A stretch of 53,751 nucleotides of DNA from Candidatus Uhrbacteria bacterium RIFCSPLOWO2_01_FULL_47_17 (GCA_001791305.1 MGEI01000003.1:182910-236660), one strand, 5' to 3'. Numbered from the stretch's first letter, positions 21,614 to 32,120 are shown. Numbers and translations: made by a program. The notes: a model not told the origin generated them from the sequence alone.

Positions 21614-22450
21614 CTAGGCATGGGCATTCGCATGACTCTCAACATGTTCCTCTTCATGTTCCTCGTGTGAAGTTGTCGCGACCGTGAGATAAGCGAGGGT
21701 TAACATGGCAAACACGGTTGCTTGAATGACACCGACAAGAATTTCAAGAAACAAAAACGGAATTGGAAGAAAAAATGAGAAGAGTCCGATCATAACCGAA
21801 AGGAGAACTTCACCTGCAAACACATTTCCAAACAAACGAAGAGAGAGTGAAAGAACTTTCGCGAGCTCACTCACGATTTCGAGAAGACCAACACCAAACT
21901 CGATGACAGCGACCATGATGGCCATCGGACCTTTCTTGAGCGATCGCCAAATACCACGAATGTTCACGAATTTACTAAAGTGATTCACAATCCCAACAGA
22001 TCGAAGTCCGATAAAATGGGATGTAAGAACGGCGAACGCAGCAATCGCGAGCGTTAAATTTAAATCGGATGCGGCAGAACGAAAGAATGGGATGAGTTCT
22101 TTCTCACCGTTATGGATTCCCCATACACCGATCGAACCGACACCAGGAAACAAACCGATCCAGTTTGAAAACAAAACGAACAAGAAAATGGTTCCGACAA
22201 TAGGTAAAAATTGTCTGGAGCGTTTTGCGTCACCCGTCACTTTTTGAACTTCCGCAAGCATGAACTCAACAAGTCCTTCTGCGATGTTACGCAAACCTTT
22301 TGGAACACGCGTTTGTTTTCGGTTCAAAAGAATCGCAATCACCACAAAAAAAACAACAGCAACCCAGCTGTTGATGATGGCATTTGTAACAGAAAGCCCC
22401 CCAAGGTGGAAAACCGTTTCGGCAGCTGCGGGAGGAATCGAAAATTGCAT
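21614..22450 (-). CDS. atpB: Fo a subunit
   Basis: SNWIGLFPG, SLSLRLFGNVFAGE, IQATVF; His/Glu-rich C-terminal tail. Confidence 0.97.
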   Translation of the reverse strand: MQFSIPPAAAETVFHLGGLSVTNAIINSWVAVVFFVVIAILLNRKQTRVPKGLRNIAEGLVEFMLAEVQKVTGDAKRSRQFLPIVGTIFLFVLFSNWIGLFPGVGSIGVWGIHNGEKELIPFFRSAASDLNLTLAIAAFAVLTSHFIGLRSVGIVNHFSKFVNIRGIWRSLKKGPMAIMVAVIEFGVGLLEIVSELAKVLSLSLRLFGNVFAGEVLLSVMIGLFSFFLPIPFLFLEILVGVIQATVFAMLTLAYLTVATTSHEEHEEEHVESHANAHA

Positions 22451-22453
22451 AAT

Positions 22454-22693
22454 CTACTTTTTATTTAACGCTTCGTACTCATTTCCATACTTCTTTGCCT
22501 TTCTCACAACGATCCACGCTGTGGATAACAGAGCGATCGAGAGAGAAAACACTAGGAATTTTGGCGCTGTGTGATATTTACCATCCAACCATTTTCCAAC
22601 CAACGCTCCCAAAACCGCCGGAACCGCAATAGATCCGCTAAAATCTGCAAAAATTCGGAGGGCAAGGCGATAATAGGCAGCTTCGATATTCAT
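22454..22693 (-). CDS. AtpZ/AtpI-family two-TM protein
   Basis: IAVPAVLGALVGKWLDGKY.T.P; first gene of atp operon; TTGACC-17-TACACT upstream. Confidence 0.8.
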   Translation of the reverse strand: MNIEAAYYRLALRIFADFSGSIAVPAVLGALVGKWLDGKYHTAPKFLVFSLSIALLSTAWIVVRKAKKYGNEYEALNKK

Positions 22694-22827
22694 AAAAGAC
22701 GCCGGTAGTGTATCGGTTTTTGAAAAAGAGGTCAATCGTTTTTTTCAATTGACCCAAAGGAAATGCTATGATAGCCTCGTACCTTCGATACGCTTAGTAT
22801 TGAAGGTCCAATTTTGTGAGGAGAATC

Positions 22828-24633
22828 ATGGACGAAGTCACGCTCAGCTCGATAACCTTGATTGAGCTCGGTCTTGCCACGCAAGCGCAACCAACCGAAG
22901 CTCTTCCATCACGTGATCATATCAAAGCAAATCTTCCTGCGATCCCGGAAACCGTTCCGGGTGCAAATCGCATGCTTGCGGATCTGATCGATCTTGCTGC
23001 CCTCGAGGATCCTAACCATGATCGCGAAAAAGCTCGAGATGTGAAACGTGGACAACTTGTTCGCAATCCAGACGGACGCGTGCATTACGCCGCCATCGAG
23101 TTCGAGCCAGAGATTCAAGCAAACGGTGATGTACACGCCGTGGCACACTATTCATTCGTTCCGGAAAAAGTTGTCCTGGATGCAGGAACGGAAAAGGAAC
23201 GCGTTGAATACGCCGTTGGAATCAAATCCAGAAAGGTGATTCCTTTCTACTACGCAGGTCCAGAATTTCTGAAACCAACCACAAACGGTGGTTACATCAG
23301 CGGCGGCACGTTTCAATGTATTCTCTTTGAATCTGATTCGAAGGCAAAGAATGCTCCACTTCGTGCGCTCCTGCTTGGAATGGCAAATCCAAAAACCATT
23401 CGCACATGGAACGAAATTGCCGAACGTCGAAACGCCCTTGCGGCTTTCAGAGACGACCCGTGGCCAATCATTACGGTGATCGAACATGAACTGCGCAGGC
23501 CTGGTGTGCGTCGCATTCGATTCATTCCCCGTTTTGATCTCCACAAAGATCTTCAGTCGGGATGTTCAAAACGACAGCTTCTCGGCTGCCATTTTGGTCA
23601 AAAAGTCTATCTTGCAGCGAAAGCAACCGTTCCGGAATGTGATGTTCAAGATGGAGTAAAAGGCTTCTTTGAAAAACATTTGTTCCGTGTAAAACGACTC
23701 AAAAAAAATTCTATCGAAGTTGTCTGGCTTGGAAAAGCTTCGGAAGTTCAAATCGAAGATCGCATTGCGGTTGACGAAGTCAACAATGAGATGAATCCCT
23801 TTGTGGTCCTGAACACCACACCAACTGCCGTTGATTGGAAAACGGTCGATCAATCCACACGCAAGTGGCTGAATCGTACGTACAATGAAAAAAATCCGCT
23901 CTATCTTGCAGGGCTCGAACTTGGCCTTGTCAAAGAGACGGATGATAACGTGTTGAAACGTGCGCATCTAGAGCAACTTTGGCAAGAGGCTGTGCGATTG
24001 ATCCGTATGGAAATGTTGCATGCAGCCGAAATGGGTCGCAAGCAACTCACCATTGCCCCAAACAAGCCCTCGCTTGAAGAAATTCTCGGATCCGAAACGG
24101 AAATTGAAACGGTTCTGCTCTATCTGAATGAGCCCGAAGACGCTGCCGCCATCTGGATCAGTCGCGTACTCGATAGACCGTTCGATCCAAAAAGTCCGTA
24201 CTTGATGCACTTGCGCACATGGCTCATCAATACCTATCCGAATCCGGGCCGAACCATTGCGCCACCGATCCCGGACATCGATGTGTCGCGAGTTTCCATT
24301 CAAGTTCCAGTACTCACCCCCCTTCCCCAAAATCTTTCCGTTCCGCCGCCTCCCACGCATCGTCGTGAGGTGAGTCATCCTGCGTTTCAGGTAAATCCGG
24401 CGATCCAACAGGAATCCGCTCCTCACACAGCAGAAGACATCGTCGTTTTGGACGATAATGATCTTGAAGAGTGCATTGAGGATGAGCACACAACCGTTGA
24501 TTTCGAGAGACAGGAAGAACTGTCGTTTGCAAATGAAGAAAATCCTGATGAGGCACCTCCTCGGAAATTCTTTGCTAAAGCAGGATCAATCCTCCATACC
24601 GGAAGTCTGAAAGATGGATATACAACCAAATAA
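22828..24633 (+). CDS. Hypothetical protein, paralog of 24719-26350
   Basis: Long ORF, GAGGAG SD, own promoter candidate, Pro-rich then acidic C-tail. Confidence 0.85.
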   Translation: MDEVTLSSITLIELGLATQAQPTEALPSRDHIKANLPAIPETVPGANRMLADLIDLAALEDPNHDREKARDVKRGQLVRNPDGRVHYAAIEFEPEIQANGDVHAVAHYSFVPEKVVLDAGTEKERVEYAVGIKSRKVIPFYYAGPEFLKPTTNGGYISGGTFQCILFESDSKAKNAPLRALLLGMANPKTIRTWNEIAERRNALAAFRDDPWPIITVIEHELRRPGVRRIRFIPRFDLHKDLQSGCSKRQLLGCHFGQKVYLAAKATVPECDVQDGVKGFFEKHLFRVKRLKKNSIEVVWLGKASEVQIEDRIAVDEVNNEMNPFVVLNTTPTAVDWKTVDQSTRKWLNRTYNEKNPLYLAGLELGLVKETDDNVLKRAHLEQLWQEAVRLIRMEMLHAAEMGRKQLTIAPNKPSLEEILGSETEIETVLLYLNEPEDAAAIWISRVLDRPFDPKSPYLMHLRTWLINTYPNPGRTIAPPIPDIDVSRVSIQVPVLTPLPQNLSVPPPPTHRREVSHPAFQVNPAIQQESAPHTAEDIVVLDDNDLEECIEDEHTTVDFERQEELSFANEENPDEAPPRKFFAKAGSILHTGSLKDGYTTK

Positions 24634-24718
24634 AGACAATCCTTTCCGATCAATCACATGATCGGTTTTTTTATTGCCACAAAAAAACCGACCCATGAGG
24701 ATCAGTTGAGAGCTTAGC

Positions 24719-26350
24719 TTACGCCGGCGACGACGCAGACGCATCCTTCTTCGACTTGCCCGGCTTGCGCGCACGCTTCGGCTTCACAGCTTCGGCGGGA
24801 GCGGCTTCTTCTGCGGGCGGAGCCGCATTGGCGGGAGGGACGACGACTTGCGTCTTCGGCTCTTCCGCCTTTTCCTTCTTCGGACGAGCGGGAGGCGAAA
24901 CGCCATCCTTGCTCGCAATCATGCGCAACACTTCCGTGCGCACACGAGTGTGCAACCAGGAATCGAAGCGGAACTCGCCTTCGATGCGCTCACCAATCCA
25001 ATTGGCAACCACATCGTCATCGCCACTCGAGCGATACCACACTTCCACAATGTCCACCCCAGCCAGAGCTTCCTCAAGCGTCGGGAGAATCGCCGTCGAG
25101 AACTTGTCGAGGTAAGCCTTGTGCTTCTCCCGCAGTTCGTTCTGAACGTACTCGGAAGCTTCCTTTGCCATCATACGAAGGACCGGGCGCACGTTGTTCG
25201 CGTCCCAATCTTCTTCGACAGAACCGCTCGCAAGTGCGTACAGGTAAAGCGAGTTCTCCTTGTCGAGAGACCCCGTCGCCAAACGCATCGCGCGAGTCAT
25301 GACCGTGAGCGGATCGGCATCCAATTCGTTGAGGTTCAACGCCTCGAATCCGTTCATGTGCAACTTGTCGAACTTCATCGACTCCTGGGGTCGAATGGTA
25401 GAGATGCCAACGGCACCGTCCCAAAGGACCACAAGCGACGACTCCGTAATCTCGAAGATGCGGAACACATGCTCGCCGAAGCACGGGTTGCCCTCAGCAT
25501 CCAGCTTGTCTGCAGCAGGCACGCGCTGCACACTTCCATCACTGAGGTCGATCACCTTCTGTCCGAAGATGGTGCCGTACATCCGCTTTGAATCCGCGTG
25601 GCTCTCATTCGACGGCTGATAGCACGTCGGCTGATACTCCAGGTAAAGATTCAGATTGCGCAGGTCACGCCCACGGAAATTTTCCGGAAGCTCGAGGCAA
25701 TGGTCGAACGGTTCGATCACCGGCCAGTCCTTCTGTACCAGTTCAAGCTGATCTGCTTGTGCGTTCCCCTGCTTGGTCTTCGCGATGAGATTCCACCGGA
25801 AGAGAGCCGAGGTGCCGAGCGCGAGCGGAGCCAGGCGGTAATGCCGATCCCGACCACGCGGCTTGAGCAAGAAGCACCAGTGAGCCTTCGCAACGTACTT
25901 GTAGGTCGTCGCCGTCGTTTCGTCGTCCGAAACGATCGGCTGAACACCGAAGTACGGCAACACACCGCCCTTTCCGTTCACCATCAGATGCACCCGAGCA
26001 GGCACACTCACCTTCTCGGACGGGCATTTCGGATCCGGGATCGAAACGTGAGTTTCGTTGAAAACGACTTCGTCTCCATCACGGGAACGAATCGGACGGA
26101 GTGTCACGAGCACCACGTAGGGCATGTCCGGGTTGTCCGCCTCGCGCACGAAACGCTCGAGCGATCGATCCGCCTTTTCTTTCGTCGAGAGCGTGAGGAC
26201 GGGCCTCTTTCCTTGGGACTTTGCCTCTTCGATGCGAGCACGCTTTTCGTCCGGGGAGAGCTCCTCCGTAATCCCGGTGACACGAGCCACATTGCTCATG
26301 AGTGCACGCATATACGCAGAACGTTGGCTGACCACGATGGCAGTCGACAT
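24719..26350 (-). CDS. Hypothetical protein, paralog of 22828-24633
   Basis: Long ORF, AAGGAG SD before MSTAIV, Pro/Ala/Lys-rich C-tail. Confidence 0.85.
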   Translation of the reverse strand: MSTAIVVSQRSAYMRALMSNVARVTGITEELSPDEKRARIEEAKSQGKRPVLTLSTKEKADRSLERFVREADNPDMPYVVLVTLRPIRSRDGDEVVFNETHVSIPDPKCPSEKVSVPARVHLMVNGKGGVLPYFGVQPIVSDDETTATTYKYVAKAHWCFLLKPRGRDRHYRLAPLALGTSALFRWNLIAKTKQGNAQADQLELVQKDWPVIEPFDHCLELPENFRGRDLRNLNLYLEYQPTCYQPSNESHADSKRMYGTIFGQKVIDLSDGSVQRVPAADKLDAEGNPCFGEHVFRIFEITESSLVVLWDGAVGISTIRPQESMKFDKLHMNGFEALNLNELDADPLTVMTRAMRLATGSLDKENSLYLYALASGSVEEDWDANNVRPVLRMMAKEASEYVQNELREKHKAYLDKFSTAILPTLEEALAGVDIVEVWYRSSGDDDVVANWIGERIEGEFRFDSWLHTRVRTEVLRMIASKDGVSPPARPKKEKAEEPKTQVVVPPANAAPPAEEAAPAEAVKPKRARKPGKSKKDASASSPA

Positions 26351-26582
26351 GAACTTCTCCTTGGTTGAGGTAGACACCCTCTAGCACCGTGCTAGAGCTG
26401 GAAAAACCAGAGATGGAGATTACCAACATTTATGATAATTGTCAATGTATTTTGACATCTGTTGATAAATGATGACAAAAAAACAAAACTGGCGCACTAA
26501 ATCGCGCTATTTTGTAAATACTTTTTCTTGACATTTTTTAATTTTCATGCTAATTTTACGGGTCCATTTTACGGAGGAAGCC

Positions 26583-27611
26583 ATGGACGACCCGAAATTT
26601 GCTGGCATTAGCTTACGCTTTTCTGCAATCATTGCTCTTTTTGGAAAGGGCGTCACACCTACACAGGAACATGTTGAGGAGCTCAGAAAAAATCCTCGAC
26701 CAGACGCAGATGAAGCAGACGATCTGTTTCTTCTTGACTCATCTGCATACAACAACTTGGTCGCATTTGACTGCGATCATGCGTCATACATCAATGATCT
26801 TGATGGAAACGACCGTCAAAAAGTCTTTCTTCAACGACTTGCGGGACTCCCTGAAGACCCAAAGCCGAAAGAGGAACCGATCAAGACTTTGCCTAAAGAA
26901 CTTCCTGCCCCTGCGAAAAAGCCAAAACCAACCAAAAATGAGGACCCCCTCTTCACAAGCCTGCGTCATCTCTTTAATCCTCAGTCGACAACGTTCTCAC
27001 AAGCGGATGTCGACATGATCGATGGTCGGTGGCGATGGAAGAAGGGCTTTGAGAAATGCCTTTCAAGAGACATCAAATCCGCTATGGATGTTTTCGCAGA
27101 GGGCGTGGATAACGGAGATCCTGACGGATACGTGGATGGAATCGACAAAGATTCACATCCGCATCTGACAGATGACAAGTGCGAAGAGTTGAAAGACCTG
27201 CTTCGTCAACTGCTCGGAATTCCAAAGGCAACGGAACCGGAGCCCGCTCCCGATCCTGTCGTGCCTGTTACGTCGCCCGCGCGTCCAGTGGCAATCGTTG
27301 CACCTAGCACAACTACCTTGCGTGCCATGCCACTCTGGGTCACATGGCTCCACAAAGATCCACGCTGCGAAATGGTGCGAAAGAAAATTGAAGAAGCGTT
27401 CCAAGACAGCAAAAGTCCAAACCTTGAAATTCAAAAAAAAGGCGAGGAGCACATCGTTGCATGGAAACGCGTCACAAAAGAATACGCGGACGGCTGTGCT
27501 GGTCCCGCCCTCGTCAACCTGGGAAAACACATGCTGAACTGTATCATCGATCTTGAGAACAACGTCGACACAAGTTCCGCAATTTACAGACACGTCTACA
27601 TCACCTCCTAA
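26583..27611 (+). CDS. Hypothetical protein with repeated helical modules and Pro-rich linkers
   Basis: GGAGG SD; TTGACA-17-TAATTT at 26528-26556. Confidence 0.75.
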   Translation: MDDPKFAGISLRFSAIIALFGKGVTPTQEHVEELRKNPRPDADEADDLFLLDSSAYNNLVAFDCDHASYINDLDGNDRQKVFLQRLAGLPEDPKPKEEPIKTLPKELPAPAKKPKPTKNEDPLFTSLRHLFNPQSTTFSQADVDMIDGRWRWKKGFEKCLSRDIKSAMDVFAEGVDNGDPDGYVDGIDKDSHPHLTDDKCEELKDLLRQLLGIPKATEPEPAPDPVVPVTSPARPVAIVAPSTTTLRAMPLWVTWLHKDPRCEMVRKKIEEAFQDSKSPNLEIQKKGEEHIVAWKRVTKEYADGCAGPALVNLGKHMLNCIIDLENNVDTSSAIYRHVYITS

Positions 27612-27634
27612 CTCGAGCATTGTCTCGGGTTTTT

Positions 27635-28498
27635 TTATAGATCCAATCCAAAAAGTTTTTTTGCATTCGCTGTTGTTGCCTGTTCAATTTCTTCCATGGA
27701 TACGCCCCGAATTTCCGCAATCTTTTGTGCAACAAATTTTACATACGAAGGCTCGTTGCGTTTTCCACGAAATGGGATGGGGGTGAGGTACGGCGAATCC
27801 GTTTCAATCAAAATGCGATCAAGCGGCATTTCGCGAATGACCTGCTGAATTTCTGTGAGTCCCTCGATAAGCACATCTGTCTTTCGTGGTGGAAACGTGA
27901 TCACACCTGTAAAGCCAAGATAAAAACCCTGATCCAAAAAGGCGTGTGCATACTCACGAGAACCAGAAAAACAATGAATCACCCCTCGTCGAGACAACGT
28001 TCCAGCATCGATAAATTCCTGATTGATCATCAGCTGATCCTCATACGCATCACGACAATGCACGACAACAGGAAGATTTAGTTCATCTGCCAACGCAAAA
28101 TGTGCTCGCACCGTTTGTTTTTGTTTCTGAATCGCCTCTTCTCGATTCGTTGTTTCTGGAATACGGTAATAATCAAGACCGCATTCTCCAATCGCAACGC
28201 ACTTTTTGCTTTTCGCAAGTGATCGATAAACAAATGGATCAAATACTTCAGCCGAATAAAGCTCCGCAGTTTCATTCTCATCCACAAACGTCTGGTCCAC
28301 AACATATTCCGGATGCAATCCGACGGTTGCAAACACCCCCTCATATTTTTCTGCAACCTCAATCGCTTCACGACTTGTGTTCTTTTGCGTTCCAATGGTT
28401 ACCATAAAAACCCCGCTCTCCAGGGTTTTTTTAATCAGGGAATCCTGTTCATTCTGATACGCACGAACATGAACATGACAATGAGAATCAACAAACAT
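27635..28498 (-). CDS. tatD: TatD family deoxyribonuclease
   Basis: DSHCH, GLHP, AIGECGLDY, HCR, HCFSG, ETDSPYL. Confidence 0.96.
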   Translation of the reverse strand: MFVDSHCHVHVRAYQNEQDSLIKKTLESGVFMVTIGTQKNTSREAIEVAEKYEGVFATVGLHPEYVVDQTFVDENETAELYSAEVFDPFVYRSLAKSKKCVAIGECGLDYYRIPETTNREEAIQKQKQTVRAHFALADELNLPVVVHCRDAYEDQLMINQEFIDAGTLSRRGVIHCFSGSREYAHAFLDQGFYLGFTGVITFPPRKTDVLIEGLTEIQQVIREMPLDRILIETDSPYLTPIPFRGKRNEPSYVKFVAQKIAEIRGVSMEEIEQATTANAKKLFGLDL

Positions 28499-28500
28499 AT

Positions 28501-29049
28501 CTACTTTGGCTGAGGAATAACTTTTGATGCGGTTGCCGCCGTCGTCAAAATGAAATTTCGAATGGCGTCAGGCAAAAAGAGTTCGAGTGTTTTCATGGTT
28601 TGAAGCACATACTTTGCAAACTCAGATTGATCCAGGTGCGCTTGTTGCATCACAATCGGAGGGAGCACGTGGGAAGCGTAGAGGAGAACGATTCCGACAA
28701 GAATGATTCCTTCAATAAACCCTAACAATCCTCCAAGCAAATGATCGATCGATTTTACAAATGGAAGCCATGTAATAATTCCTAACATTTTTCCAACGAT
28801 CCAAAAAACGAGTCCGACCAGTCGCGAGATGATGAGAAAAACAATGATGTAAATAATCACCTTCGCAAACTCACCGCCTCCAAACAAAAATCCGAATGAG
28901 TGCGTAAGAAGGTCAATGATTTGACCTGTGAAAAGCACGGCAACAATCGTTCCAACAAGTGTACCGAGTGTACGGAACAGTCCAAAAAATAATCCGGAAA
29001 GAGCGAATCCTCCAACAAGAACGATCAGAACAATGTCTGCGTAGTTCAT
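28501..29049 (-). CDS. CvpA (colicin V production) family membrane protein
   Basis: D in TM1, G..GL.R, IDHLLGGLLGFIEG. Confidence 0.8.
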   Translation of the reverse strand: MNYADIVLIVLVGGFALSGLFFGLFRTLGTLVGTIVAVLFTGQIIDLLTHSFGFLFGGGEFAKVIIYIIVFLIISRLVGLVFWIVGKMLGIITWLPFVKSIDHLLGGLLGFIEGIILVGIVLLYASHVLPPIVMQQAHLDQSEFAKYVLQTMKTLELFLPDAIRNFILTTAATASKVIPQPK

Positions 29050-29052
29050 AGG

Positions 29053-30483
29053 CTATGCATCACGACGGGGAAATAAGGGATCCCCTATTTCAATGATTGT
29101 ACCATATCGTCGCAAAATTTCCTCGGATGTTTTTGGGATAACACAGGCAAGAGAACGCGCAACAAAGCGAATCATCTCGGACGCTTCTGCTAGAACGGCT
29201 TTCGCCGCAGCTTCATCTTCTTTGATCAATTTAAACGGCGCCTTCTTGTCGATCAGTTCATTTGCATCGTCAACGATCGCGAAGACACGGTCGATGTATG
29301 CTTTAAAGTTGTAATTATTCATGTGCACCTCAAGTTCCTTCTCGACGGATGTGTGTTCGAAGACAAACGTACCAACATCACCAGCAAAATACTTTTGTGT
29401 CATCGCTGCGACACGACCCACGAGATTTCCAAGGCGATTTGCGAGTTCGGCGTAACGTTCCTCGAGACGTGGGCGAGAAAAGTCTCCATCATCACCTGGC
29501 GGAATTTCGCGCAACAAATAATAGCGAATTGCGTCGGTTCCGTATTCCTTTACTTCTTCGAACGGATCCACAACGTTCCCGAGACTCTTACTCATTTTTT
29601 GGCCATTCGCTGTAATGAATCCATGAATAAAAATCTGATGAGATGGCTCGATTCCTGCGGACATAAGCATCGCCTGCCACATGGCTGACTGTTGGCGAAG
29701 ATTATCTTTGCCCGCAACTTGCACACCTGGCCAGAATGAGAATTCTCGAGATGTGTCCGGCCAACCGAGCGTCGAGATATAATTTACAAGCGCGTCGAAC
29801 CAAACATACATGACCTGAGAGTCATCATCTGGAACAGGAACGCCCCATGGCATTTTTTCTTTGAGTCTCGAGATACTGAAATCATTGAGTCCGCCTTCGA
29901 CGAAGTTTTTAATTTCGTGCAAACGAAAATCCGGCATGACGAAATCTGGACGAGATGCATAAAGGTCTAGAAGTGGCTGTTGGTACTTCGAAAAACGGAA
30001 AAAATAATTCTCTTCGTCAATAAATTGCAAGTCGAGATTCGGATGCACGGGGCATTTCTCGTTCACGAGTTCGGAATTGGTTTTCTCGAGCTCACAACCG
30101 ACGCAGTACTTCACCTGATACTGTTTTTTGTAAATGTCGTCGTTTGCAAGACAGCGCTTCCAAAATTCTTGCGCAGCCGCTTTATGACTTGGATTCGTTG
30201 TACGAATAAAATGATCGTAACTCAAATTGAGCGATGCTTTTAAGTCATCAAATTGCGCCGCATACTCATCTGTATACGCTTGTAGTTCCTTCCCTTCCGC
30301 AATCGCCTTTTCATAAATCTTCTGCCCATGCTCATCCGTTCCGGTATTAAAAATCACCTCATCACCGAGCATGCGGCGATAACGAGCGATCATGTCAGCC
30401 TGGACGATTTCGAGTGCAAAGCCAATATGTGGCTTTGCGTTTACGTACGGCAGTGTGGTTGTGATGTAATATTTGTTCGGCAT
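29053..30483 (-). CDS. metG: Methionine--tRNA ligase (short form)
   Basis: YVNAKPHIG, GTDEHG, YVWFDAL, KMSKS; start at MPNKYY. Confidence 0.97.
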   Translation of the reverse strand: MPNKYYITTTLPYVNAKPHIGFALEIVQADMIARYRRMLGDEVIFNTGTDEHGQKIYEKAIAEGKELQAYTDEYAAQFDDLKASLNLSYDHFIRTTNPSHKAAAQEFWKRCLANDDIYKKQYQVKYCVGCELEKTNSELVNEKCPVHPNLDLQFIDEENYFFRFSKYQQPLLDLYASRPDFVMPDFRLHEIKNFVEGGLNDFSISRLKEKMPWGVPVPDDDSQVMYVWFDALVNYISTLGWPDTSREFSFWPGVQVAGKDNLRQQSAMWQAMLMSAGIEPSHQIFIHGFITANGQKMSKSLGNVVDPFEEVKEYGTDAIRYYLLREIPPGDDGDFSRPRLEERYAELANRLGNLVGRVAAMTQKYFAGDVGTFVFEHTSVEKELEVHMNNYNFKAYIDRVFAIVDDANELIDKKAPFKLIKEDEAAAKAVLAEASEMIRFVARSLACVIPKTSEEILRRYGTIIEIGDPLFPRRDA

Positions 30484-30484
30484 A

Positions 30485-31168
30485 TTATTTTCTTTTTGGT
30501 CCAATCACGACAACGAATTCACCTTTGATGCTCGTGGATTTAAGTTTCGCGATAATCTCGGCAGCGGTGCCACGATAAATCGTTTCGTACATCTTGGTCA
30601 ACTCGCGGCAAACCACGACGGATCGATCACCGATCACATCAGCAAGTTCTTGCATGGATTTCTCGATGCGGTGAGTACTCTCATAATACGCAATGGTCGA
30701 GGAAATTGTATCAAGTCGCTTGAAATACGTTTGTCTTCCCTTTTTGTGTGGAGGAAAACCGAGAAAGATGAACTCATCGGCAGGAAATCCGCTGATCGAG
30801 AGTGCCGCGATGACAGCACTCGCGCCTGGAATCGGAATAATCTCGAGTTCTTCGCCAAGCATCTTGAGCATGGCTTCGACAAGTTTGCCTCCAGGATCTG
30901 AAATGCCGGGCGTGCCCGCATCCGTTACAAGCGCGAGGGACTTGCCTTCCTCGAGCATCTTCGAAATATCTTTTACGCGAAGATCATCCGAATGCTGATG
31001 ATACGCAACAAGCGGTTTTGAAACATGAATCGAACGCAAAAGATTCTGCGTGACGCGTGTATCCTCGCACAAAATCGCGTCGACCATCTCGAATGTTTGT
31101 TTCGCACGATCCGTGATATCCGAAAGATTCCCGATCGGAGTGGCGACGATGAAGAGTTTTCCCAACAT
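30485..31168 (-). CDS. rsmI: 16S rRNA (cytidine-1402-2'-O)-methyltransferase
   Basis: VATPIGNL.DIT, EDTR, DAGTPGISDPG, RELTK.YE, KGEF. Confidence 0.96.
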   Translation of the reverse strand: MLGKLFIVATPIGNLSDITDRAKQTFEMVDAILCEDTRVTQNLLRSIHVSKPLVAYHQHSDDLRVKDISKMLEEGKSLALVTDAGTPGISDPGGKLVEAMLKMLGEELEIIPIPGASAVIAALSISGFPADEFIFLGFPPHKKGRQTYFKRLDTISSTIAYYESTHRIEKSMQELADVIGDRSVVVCRELTKMYETIYRGTAAEIIAKLKSTSIKGEFVVVIGPKRK

Positions 31169-31172
31169 AATT

Positions 31173-32120
31173 CTAGTTAAATAAATCCGTCCCCGGAAAC
31201 GCGCTTGCCCAGGCAAACCAGAACGACGGCGTTACAGGAATCTCATTCTGATGATTTCCGCTTGCGTCGAGTTGATACGCGTGGACAACGCCTGACGTTG
31301 CATCGTCCTCGATCGATATGTTTGTTCTGTCGATCGAATCACGAATGGTCGATTGTTTCTCGAGAAGCGTCACTGGATATGCTTTCTGTTTTTGATTCCA
31401 TTCGATCCCATACACAAGTGCCTTGGCTGCAAGTCGATCATCTTTATGCGCAACCGGAAACAAAATTTTCTGCGTGTACAAATAATCTCCGTATGGGTCA
31501 TGTGTATAATCTCGTGAGTAACCTGTGTTTCGAGAAAGCACCTGACCATTCGAGCGAAACGCTTTGAATGTATTCCATGTCATCACGGTCGAAGGATAAC
31601 GGGTGAGCGTGATCCCTTTCATTTCTCCTTCAAGAGCCTTATGTGTCATTGGATCCCACAAAGAATGTGTGGCGCGATCATACAACAAAAGATTGCTGTT
31701 TGCGAGTTTGTCGGAAAGTCCAAAATCCAAAACCGTACCTTGAGTGGTTCGTTGATAAGCCGCGCCGCTCATGGCAAACGGATTGTACGTAATGAGAAGA
31801 GGCTGTCCCGCAATGACATCGTTCACGACATGATGCCAAACCAGAATCTGATATGGGTAAAATCTGGAAACTCCATTTACAGAAACCGTGATGCCAAGCC
31901 CATCATTATTCAAATACTGATCCGCGACGTTTACGGATTCAAACGTTGGCTTATCAATCGCCGGCACACCATCTTTCAAGATTGTTCCAGAAATAATGTT
32001 CGAGGAATCAAGAATTGGCGAAGATACTGATCGATATGCACGATATTGCAAAACAACCACAGCGATAACGACAAGGCATAAAAACGCAGGAAATTTTGGA
32101 AACGGGCGCTTGTGACGCAT
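31173..32120 (-). CDS. DUF3179 family exported protein
   Basis: KDG.PAIDKP.F, YPYQILVWH.VVND, LLYDR.T.SLW, FWFAW..FP. Confidence 0.85.
   Translation of the reverse strand: MRHKRPFPKFPAFLCLVVIAVVVLQYRAYRSVSSPILDSSNIISGTILKDGVPAIDKPTFESVNVADQYLNNDGLGITVSVNGVSRFYPYQILVWHHVVNDVIAGQPLLITYNPFAMSGAAYQRTTQGTVLDFGLSDKLANSNLLLYDRATHSLWDPMTHKALEGEMKGITLTRYPSTVMTWNTFKAFRSNGQVLSRNTGYSRDYTHDPYGDYLYTQKILFPVAHKDDRLAAKALVYGIEWNQKQKAYPVTLLEKQSTIRDSIDRTNISIEDDATSGVVHAYQLDASGNHQNEIPVTPSFWFAWASAFPGTDLFN

Noticed and set aside
22828-27611. Prophage or integrative element
   Set aside because: No integrase, structural genes or att-like direct repeats were recognised.
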